Shown: piece by piece, positions 54,555 to 64,000 of the stretch | Layout of the letters: each line of letters opens with the position of its first letter | Position numbering within the stretch: the first letter of the stretch is position 1 | Assembly: GCF_009914755.1 (NCBI RefSeq) | Contig: NC_060934.1 | Direction: 5' to 3' (one strand) | Source of the DNA: the human T2T-CHM13v2.0 reference genome, Homo sapiens | DNA: 64,000 nt | Notes under the pieces: generated by a model | Seen by the model: the letters and a program-made list of their open reading frames with translations, nothing else | Database searches by the model: none | Told to the model about the DNA's origin: nothing | Made by a program: the position numbers and the translations under genes

Positions 54555-55585
54555 TTTTAAAGGTAGAGACACAGAAATGCTGAAAGTACAGTGATGGGCA
54601 AGAATATGCCACAGAAATAACAACCAAAAAACCCTGCACTAATATCAGAGAGATTCAGGGTTGAAATATTATGGGAGTAGAAAAGGAATATTTAATAAAG
54701 ATAAAAGGGTCAACTCAATAGGGAAATATAACAATCCTAAATGCAAATTTACCTACTGAAATAGCTTCGAGATCTGTAAACTTAAAGTTGTCAGACCTAA
54801 AATAAAGGGTGGAAAAGCCACAATGATATTTGGTAATTTTAACACTCCAAATTGACTGAAAGAAAAATAGACAAAAAGTCAGTAAGGATAGAGCAAATTT
54901 GAAAAACCCCACTACCTAGGCTCAATAAATATATAAAATACTACATTCCACAGCTGCAGAATATACAATTTTGAGTGTCCATTTGGTAAAACACACCATA
55001 CTATAAAGCAAATCTCAACAAATTTCAAAGACTGAAATCTTCTAGTGAATATTCTGTGACTACCGGAAAATTATATTAAAACTCAGTAGCAGTAAAAAGG
55101 TAGAAATCTCCAAGTGTCCAGAAATTTAGAAAATAGTTATAAAGACCCATGAGGCTAAGAAGAAATTAAAATGAAAGCCAGAAAATACAAGTATATGCCT
55201 GCCTACATACACATATATTACACACACACATATGTGTACCTGTATGTACACATGTATGCATATGTGTAGGTGTGTATAAATTTAATGTTCTAAGCTTCCA
55301 ATTCAATAAGTTGAAAAAGAGCAGCAAATTAAATTCAAATAAAATTGAAATAAACAATAATGATAAAATCAGAAATCAATAAAATATAAAACAAATGTAT
55401 AATAAATGAACAAAGCTAAAATGTTGGCTCTTGGAAAAAAAATTATGAAATTGATAAATCCCTAGGAATACTCACTAATTAAAGAAGACAGAGATAAAAC
55501 AGTGTGAGGAATTACCAGTGTGAGGATTTGAAAAGAGAACAGATCCTACAGAAATCAAAACAATATTAAGTAGATTGAAAAATGT
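54555..55585 (+). mobile_element. Old L1 ORF2 (endonuclease region) fragment
   Basis: 'taaagataaaagggtcaactcaatagggaaatataacaatcctaaatg', 'aaagcaaatctcaacaaatttcaaagactgaaatc'. Confidence 0.7.
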
Positions 55586-55591
55586 TGCCCC

Positions 55592-56535
55592 TTAGGGTAA
55601 TGTCCTCTAGGTTCATCCATGTTGTCACACATGGCATGATTTCCTTCCTTTTTAATGCTGAGTAATATTGCCTTGCATCTATAGAGTACATTTTCTTTAT
55701 CCATTCATGCACTGATGAGCAGTTAGGTTGTTTCTACACGTTGTCTGTTGTGAATGATGCTGCCATGAACATAGGAGTGCGGATATCAGGTTTCTCTTCA
55801 ACATATTGATTTTATTTCCTTTGGATATACACCCAGTAGTGGTATTGCTGGATCATATAGTAATTCTATTTTTAATTTTTCGAGGAAACTTTGTATTGTT
55901 TTTCATAGCTGCTGTACCACTTTGCATTTCCAGCAACAGTTTACAAGGGGTTCCACTTCTTCCACGGTCTCACCAACTCTTGTCTTCTTCTTCTTCTTCT
56001 TCTTCTTCTTCTTCTTCTTCTCCTTCTCCTTCTCCTTCTCCTTCTCCTTCTCCTTCTCCTTCTCCTTCTCCTTCTCCTTCTTCTTTCTTCTTTCTTCTTC
56101 TTTTTTTTTTGATAATAGCCATCCTAACAGGTATGAGGTAATATTTCACTGTGGTTTTGAATTGCGTTTCCCTGATGGTTAGTGCTGTTGAGCACCTTTT
56201 CATATACGTGTTGACTATTTGTATTCTTCTTTGGATAAATCTCTGTTCAAGCAATTTGCCCATTTTTGTTTGGGTTATTTGAGTTTTTGCCATTGAATTG
56301 TAGGAGTTCTTTATATGTTGTTGGATATTGATTCCATATCCGATGTATGGTTTGCAAATACTTTCACATTCCATGTGAAATAGACAGTCACAGAAGAACA
56401 AATACTGCATGTCTTCTCTTATATGAAGTGTCTGAAATGATCAAACTCATAGAAGTAGAGAGCAGAATGGTGGTTTCAAGGGGCTAAGTTTGGAGAAAAT
56501 GGAGAGTTGTTCAATGTGTATAAAGTTTCAGTTAT
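55592..56535 (+). mobile_element. L1MA/MB-type 3' end with inverted 5' segment (55592-56372 antisense; 56373-56535 sense)
   Basis: The antisense part starts at the reverse complement of '...gaggacattaccctaa'. The sense part begins with the next consensus words 'gtgaaatagacagtcacagaagaacaaatactgcatg'. Confidence 0.75.
55983..56110 (+). repeat. Pure polypyrimidine tract: (TTC)~12 (TCCTTC)10 followed by TTC/T run
   Basis: Direct reading; ~128 nt with no purine. Confidence 0.95.
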
Positions 56536-56996
56536 AACTCAACAAAATAATAAACTGGAGAAAGGGCACACTATTTAATAAATAGTTCTGGGGAAAATCG
56601 GATAGCCACAAGCAGAAAAATGAAACTAGACTCCAATCTCTTACTACATACTAAAATTAACCCAAGATAGATTAAAGATCAAACATAAGACTTGAAAATA
56701 CAAAAATACTAGAAGAAAACGTAGGAAAAACTCTTCTAGACACAGGCCTTGGCAAAAATTTATGACTAAGACCTCAAAAGCAAATGTGACAAAAACAGAA
56801 ATACACAAAAACACTTAAACTAAAAAGCTTCTGCACAGCAAAATAAATAATCAACAGAATGAACAGACAACCTGCAGAATGAAAGAAAATATTTATAAAC
56901 TATGCATCTGACAAAGGACTAATATCCAGAATCTGTAAGGAACTCACACATCTCAGCAACAACAATGAAAAATAACCCCATTAAAAGGTGGGAAAG

Positions 56997-57395
<399 letters not shown>

Positions 57396-57475
57396 TCATC
57401 AGAGATGTAAACTAAAACCACAAAGAGATATCTTAACAACAGTCAGAAAGGCTATTACTAAAAAGTAAAAAATAA

Positions 57476-57931
<456 letters not shown>

Positions 57932-58060
57932 CTACTCAAAGGAAAAGAAATCATTATACCAAAAAGATCCCCACACTTTTATGTTTTTTGCAACACTATT
58001 CATGATATCAAAGATATGGAATCAATCTGTGCCCCTCAACGGATGATTGGATAAATAAAA

Positions 58061-58204
58061 TGTGTGTGTGTGTGTGTGTGTGTGTACTTAGTAGTATTCC
58101 ATGATGTATGTACATATACATATCCATACACACATATATATTACTCCTTGCAAGTAATTTAATGTGTGTATATATTAAATTACCTTGCAAGTAATTTAAT
58201 GTAC

Positions 58205-58243
<39 letters not shown>

Positions 58244-58431
58244 CTTAGTAGTATTCCATGGTGTATGTGTGTATATATATCCATACACACACACACACAC
58301 ACATATATACACACACACACCATGGAATACTAAGTATACACACACACACACACACACATACGCCATGGAATATACACACACACACAGCACACACACATAT
58401 ATATACACATACAACATGGAATACTACTAAG
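58061..58431. repeat. Complex TG/TA/CA microsatellite mosaic with inverted and direct copies of an L1 17-mer
   Basis: cttagtagtattccatg (58087, 58244) vs catggaatactactaag (~58415); partial copies at 58321 and 58364. Confidence 0.85.
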
Positions 58432-58769
58432 CCATAAAAAATGAAATCATGTCTTTCACAGTAACATGAATGGAACCAGGGGCCACTATCTTAACTGAAA
58501 CAGCTCTGAAACAGTCAAATATTGCATGTTTTCACTTACAACTGGAAGCTAAATAATGTGTACACATGGACATAGAGAGTGGAATAATAGACACTGGAGA
58601 CTTGGAAGGGTAGAAGAGTAGGGGAGGGATGAAGGATGAGAAGTTATCTAATGGGTGCAATGGACACCGACCAGGTGGTGGTCACGCTAAAAGCCCAGAC
58701 TTACCCATTATGCCATATATCCATGTAACAAAACTGCACTTGTACCCTCTAAATCTATAATTTTCAAAG

Positions 58770-60630
58770 TATATCCAACAAAAGACACAACTGCAGAATA
58801 TTTTTAAAATTCCTGTCTTTCAATCAAGAAAAAAAGGACAGACTTGAAAATAGGCAAAACTTGCATAAAACATTCACAAATGCAGACATTAAAATAATCA
58901 AAATGGTCGATCAATATATAAGAATGTGCACCACATAATTTGTCATTAGAATAATATCATTTTTAAATGATGACATAATTACACATTCACTAGAATGGCT
59001 AAAATTAAAAAGGATGTGAATGTGAGGTGTCAGCAAGGATATGGAACAATAAGGTCTGTTTCATTTCTTCTGGGAGTAAAACTTGGTTCTATTTTGGAAA
59101 CAATCTGGCAGAATTTACTGGAGCTAATCACATATAGCCGCTATGACCTGGGAATTCTCCTAGGCATATACCCCACTAAAATGAGTTGCTTTTATTCACC
59201 AGAAGAGATGCGCGAGTAGGTTCATAGCAGCTTTATTTATAAGAGCCCCAAACTGGAACAGCTTTTTGTCCATCAAGAGTAGAATGAGTGATTAAGTTCT
59301 AGTAAATTCATGGAATATGGGATGAAAAAGAACTATGTGAAAATGAATCTTATGGACATAATGTTGTGTAAAAGAAATAGAAGAGTAGCCACTCTGTGAT
59401 TTGAACAGGCCAAACTAACCCACGGTGGTAGAAATCAGGATAGTTTTACTGCTTACTGATGCCATGGGCTGGGAGGCGCATGTGAGCATCTTCTGGGTTG
59501 ATAGAGATGTTCTGTAATTTGATCTGGGTGGTGGTTATATGGCTGTTTACAAATGGAAAAGTTTATCAAGGTATATAATTTGGTTTCTATACACTATCCT
59601 CTGAAAATGTTAAAAAAGTTAAAAAAAAAGTTAATAGCAAAGAAAAGTATAAAAATGAAGAATCAAGAAGAAGGGGGATAATTACTTTCCCAGATACCAG
59701 AATACATTACAAAATCACTATGATCAAATCACCGTGGGGAGGGACATTGAACCAGACAAAAAAAGTTGAGCTGATTACATAATAGTAAGGTGGATAGGAG
59801 TTTTAAAAATAGACAAGGTGGATTTGAGTTTTAAAAAATAGATAAGTGAATGTCTATTAAGTACTTAGAAGAGTCTACATGTCTAGTAAGCACTATTAGT
59901 CAATTCATTAAATAAGTAAATAAAACTAGATTGCTGTATATGGTGATTTAATATATGAAAAGATTACATCTCAATTTTATTGGAAATACATGCATTAATT
60001 AATAAACAAATCTGCCTCAACTGTCTATGCCTCTGAAATAAAATTAAGTTGGTCATCTATTTCCAGTATATATAATACAAAAACCAAAACAAGAAAACTC
60101 TTATAAGAAAAAAAATAAAAGATTGTAAGTAATTTAGAAGCAAAAGAGACCTTCTTAAGCAAGAAACTGAGCAATATTCAAGAGAAGATAAATTCATTTC
60201 ACTACATAAAATTTAAAAATATTTTATGATGAAATATAATATAAAATAGTTACTAAACAGAAAGTGGATTTGGCAAAATTTTTCAAAGCAGATAGTGAAT
60301 AAAGTTAACATTTGTTACATATTATATATAATAATTATCTCACATGTATAGTAAACTCTTAAAATTTGACAAGAAAAAAGCAAACAACCTAATAGAAATA
60401 TGGGTAAAAAGTTTTCAGACTCACTAGACATCAGGGAAATGCAATAATGGGAACTGATTTTTATATTTCTCTGACTGGTAAAAAGCAAAAGCTCTATTAC
60501 CCATTGCTGGCGGAAATAATGAGGAAGAAAATACGAATTAGAACAGCTTTTCTTTTGGTAAAGCAGTTGGTCTATGTTTTTTTAAATACGAAACGGCCAG
60601 TCCCTTTAACCCAGTAAGTCCATCCCGGGA
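58770..60630 (+). mobile_element. Older L1 (L1M/ME) sense fragments
   Basis: 'attttggaaacaatctggcag', 'ggttcatagcagctttatttataagagccccaaactggaac', 'gatctgggtggtggttatatgg'. Confidence 0.7.
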
Positions 60631-61069
60631 CTCTTGGGACAAATGTGCCTGCTTTTGTAATTTCCTGCCTGCCCTCACCCACTAGAGAATTAACTCCAGT
60701 AACTTACTGCTACCTCAGACTCTCCTGAGTGATTTTCCCCTCAGAGACTGCTTGTTGGAAAAAGAGGTAAATCATAAAAAATAAGCAAATAAATAGTAAA
60801 CCAGAATAACAGCAGCAACAAAAACAGATGGTATGGAGGATTTAGCTTTATAATACTTATTTTAAAATAAAGGAACACATGCTCCTTGCAAGTAATTTAA
60901 ACAAAATTGCACAAATTAAAAAGGTACAAGTCCCTGCCCCCAGAGCCTAGTGATAACCATGAGTAAGTGGACACATAGCCTTACAGACTTTATATATCTT
61001 ACATTCCTGTATATGTTATATATACATGCATGCGTACATATATGTGCGTGTGTGTGTATATATATTACA

Positions 61070-61560
61070 CATTGCAAAAAATGAAATTATGCCAATACCT
61101 AATCTGTCATTCTTTGTATTTTAACAAACATTGTGGACACCCATCCCTATTAGCAAATATAGAGCTGCCTGCATGGCATTCCCATACCTTTGTATTTTAA
61201 AGAGATCTAAAATTTAGTTTCATTGAGATATTTGATTTCCCATATATGATTGCAATGATATCTTTGTACATGTACACTAACAGACTCATGCTAACATTTC
61301 CATTGGAAAGTTTCCTTAAAAGGACTGATTATAAAATATGCTCATTCAAAAATGTGCCTTCCCAAACAGTTGTACAAAATTGCATACTGTCACTAATGGT
61401 ATGAAAACCACCCATTTTCTATATTGTCCCAACCCTAACATTAAAAGGTATGTCAATGTGAGAGGCAAAGACCATGGGCTCCTTATGTATAGAATTTTCA
61501 TTTCTCTGTTTACCAATGAGGTTGAGCCTTTCCTTCTGTGTTTTGTAGAGAGGCAGTACA
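61070..61560 (-). mobile_element. Ancient L1ME antisense fragment
   Basis: 'tttcatttctctgtttaccaatgaggttgagcc'. Confidence 0.5.
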
Positions 61561-61769
61561 GCTTACTACTCAGGGCTTCACCTCTGTTTATGATTGCATA
61601 CAAGAAAGGAAAGGGATAGAGCTTAGTACAAAATTAATATTAAAATAGCTTATTAGCATTAATATTAGTTTTTGTTGATAATATCTAGACTTTTTTTGAA
61701 CAAGTAAGATTTTATTTTCACAAGTGCAATGTTGCCTTAATGGCCAAAAGTCAATCAAGATATTACATA

Positions 61770-63245
61770 TTATACATTAATAAATGACAAAAGAAAACAT
61801 TTCAATAGACACAGAAAAACATTTGACAAATCCAACATCCATTGTAATAAAACCTCTGGCACACTACTAATAGGATAAAAATTCTGAGTCTTGCTAAAAG
61901 TAATCTGTGAAAACATCTAACTAACATTATACCTAATAATGAAAAACTGAGTGCTTTACTTGCAAGTTTAAGAACAAGACAATAATTTCCACTTCTAACA
62001 TTCTACTCAACATTGTACTAGAATTATTAGCCAGGGAAATTATGCTAGAAGGCACAATAAAATCCTCCAGATTTAAAAAAAAATAGGACTTTCTTTTATT
62101 GCACACAATACAATCTTCTACATAAAAATTTGTAAGGAATTTACTAAAAACTCACTAGAACTAATAAATAATCTATGTCACAAGGTACAAGATCAACATG
62201 AAAATTAAGTTGTACTTTTATATACTAGCAATAAACAATCTGAAAATTGACAAGTGGGACCTAATTAAACTAAAGAGCTTCTGCACAGCAAAAGAAATTA
62301 CCAACAGAGTAAACAAGCAGCTTATAGAATGGGAGAAAATATTAGAAAGATATGCATCTGACAAAGGTCTAATATCCAGAATCTGCAAGGAACTTAAACA
62401 AATCAACAAGCAAAAAACAAATAATGCAATTAAAAAATGGGCAAAGGACATGAACAGACACTTCTCAAAAGAAGATGTACAAGCAGCCAACAAACATATG
62501 AAAAAATACTCAACATTACTAATCATCAGAGAAATGCAAATCAAAACTACAGTGAGATACCATTTTACACCAGTCAGAATGGCGATTACTAAAAAGTCAA
62601 AAAATAACAGATGCTGGCAAGGCTGCAGAGAAAAGGGAATGCTTATACACTGTTGGTGGGAATGCAAACTAGTTCAGCCACTGTGGAAAGCAGTTTGGAG
62701 ACTTCTCAAAGAACTCAGAACTACCATCTAATCCTATAATCCCATTACTGGGTATATATCCAAAAGAAAACAAATAGTTCCACCAAAAAGACACATACAC
62801 TTTTATGGCCATCACAGCTCTATTCACAATAGCAAAGCCATGGAATCAACCTAGGTGCCCATCAGTGGTGGATGGGATAAAGAAAACGTGGTATATATAC
62901 ACCATGGAATATTACACAGACTTAAAAAAAAGAATGGAATCATGTCTTTTGCAACAACATAGATGGAGCTGGAGGGCGTTATCCTGAGTGAATTAATGCA
63001 AGAACAGAAAACCAAATACTGCATGCTCTCACTTATAAGTGGGAGCTAAACACTGAATACACATAGACATTAAGATGGGAACGACAGACACTGGGGACAA
63101 CAGACAGAGGAGGGAGGAAGAAGGGGAATGGGATCTATGACAGGATCATTTGTACTCCAAACCTCAGCATCATGCAACATACCTGTGTAACAGACCTGCA
63201 ACATACCTGTGTAACAGACCCTTTATTCTATAATAAAATTTGAAA
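61770..63245 (+). mobile_element. Old L1 ORF2 fragment (61770-62242) joined to a younger L1PA/PB 3' end (62243-63245)
   Basis: The 177-aa ORF 62198-62731 is an L1 ORF2 C-terminus ([18 protein letters not shown]...[27 protein letters not shown], Cys-rich domain), followed by a typical 3' UTR. Confidence 0.88.
63173..63220 (+). repeat. Perfect 24-bp tandem duplication in the L1 3' UTR
   Basis: tgcaacatacctgtgtaacagacc x2. Confidence 0.9.
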
Positions 63246-63254
63246 TCATTTAAA

Positions 63255-63690
63255 CAATTCTTTTCGGTGTAAAGTCCTTGCAGTTCATTGGTTAAATTTA
63301 TTTCTGAATATTTTTCTTTTTGATGCTATTATGAATATTTAGACTTCTAAGCAGGCAGTTATATCATTTGCAAAGTAAGAGTTTTATGCTTTTTAAGGTT
63401 TTAATGTTAACTTTTTGTAATTTTTCTTGTTTTAGCTGATTATTCGAATCTTCATGAAAAAACAATAATGACTAAAATATGAGTTACTGGGCAGGCACTC
63501 CTTTGTGGTTCTGACTTTGGTGGGAACACTCTCCACATTCCACAGTTAAGCGCACGGTTGCTATGGGTTTCTGGTAGACCGGACTTCAGAGAGTCAAGAA
63601 GTGTTTCTTCTATTTTTAGTTAGCCATTTTGTTTCAGGGATCTCCATATTTGAAGGTTTTTCCCAGTCTTGTTTCAGAGTCAGCAATGTT
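63255..63690 (-). mobile_element. Ancient L1 antisense fragment
   Basis: 'gttaaatttatttctgaatatttttctttttgatgctattatgaat', 'tctgactttggtgggaacactctc'. Confidence 0.5.
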
Positions 63691-64000
63691 CTAAGGAGGC
63701 AGCTGTGGCCGCGTTTACAAATTCCAGTTAAGATCAGCTCAATTCAAGAAAGATCTGTCAGGTGCACGCACCTGGCAGGCCCTGGGAATGTAACAGTGAA
63801 GAGGAAGGCAAAGGTCTCTGTCCCCATGGAACTAACTGCACGCCTGGAATTCAAAGTGCAGTGCACATCACAATGGAAGTCGCAATGGGGGTGTCAGAGG
63901 GAAATCAACCTACCCTCTAGTTGAGTGTGGGCTGGCAGGGGACACAGAGGGTCCTTCCACTGCATGTGCTCAGACAAAAATGGGCCATGAGGGTTTTACA

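Noticed and set aside
55806-56410. Poly-Ser/Pro, poly-Phe and Glu/Gly-rich ORFs
   Set aside because: Translations of the pyrimidine microsatellite within L1.
58061-58431. Repeat-spacer pattern resembling a CRISPR array
   Set aside because: Primate DNA; units are L1-derived, in mixed orientation, with microsatellite spacers and no cas genes.

Overview
This 64-kb window is primate genomic DNA, probably catarrhine (human or ape): it carries AluY-type, THE1 LTR, Hsmar1 and L1PA/PB elements. I find no credible cellular protein-coding gene, RNA gene, CRISPR array or prokaryote-type system. About half is interspersed repeat. There is a full-length dead Hsmar1 mariner (771-2050) and a full-length dead Tigger1 (9661-12634) carrying three nested retro-insertions. 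There are also about a dozen Alus, four same-strand THE1 solo LTRs, MLT1/MST LTRs, MER44/MER30/MER96/MER3, MIR/L2 and large L1 blocks at 42-48.5 kb and 54.5-63.7 kb. The 14-40 kb interval is repeat-poorer and may hold enhancer-like sequence. The most notable unexplained structures look like DNA repair or replication scars: a recent 264-bp non-tandem duplication with a templated junction (28087-28350 / 29804-30067), a ~290-bp AT-rich fold-back palindrome inside an L1 (43377-43670), a serial template-switch mosaic inside an L1PB (58061-58431), and a hairpin with a perfect 21-bp stem (21721-21813). Repeat family names come from recognition of consensus sequences from memory, not from a database search. 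Boundaries of old elements are approximate. I cannot support a claim of a new biological system.
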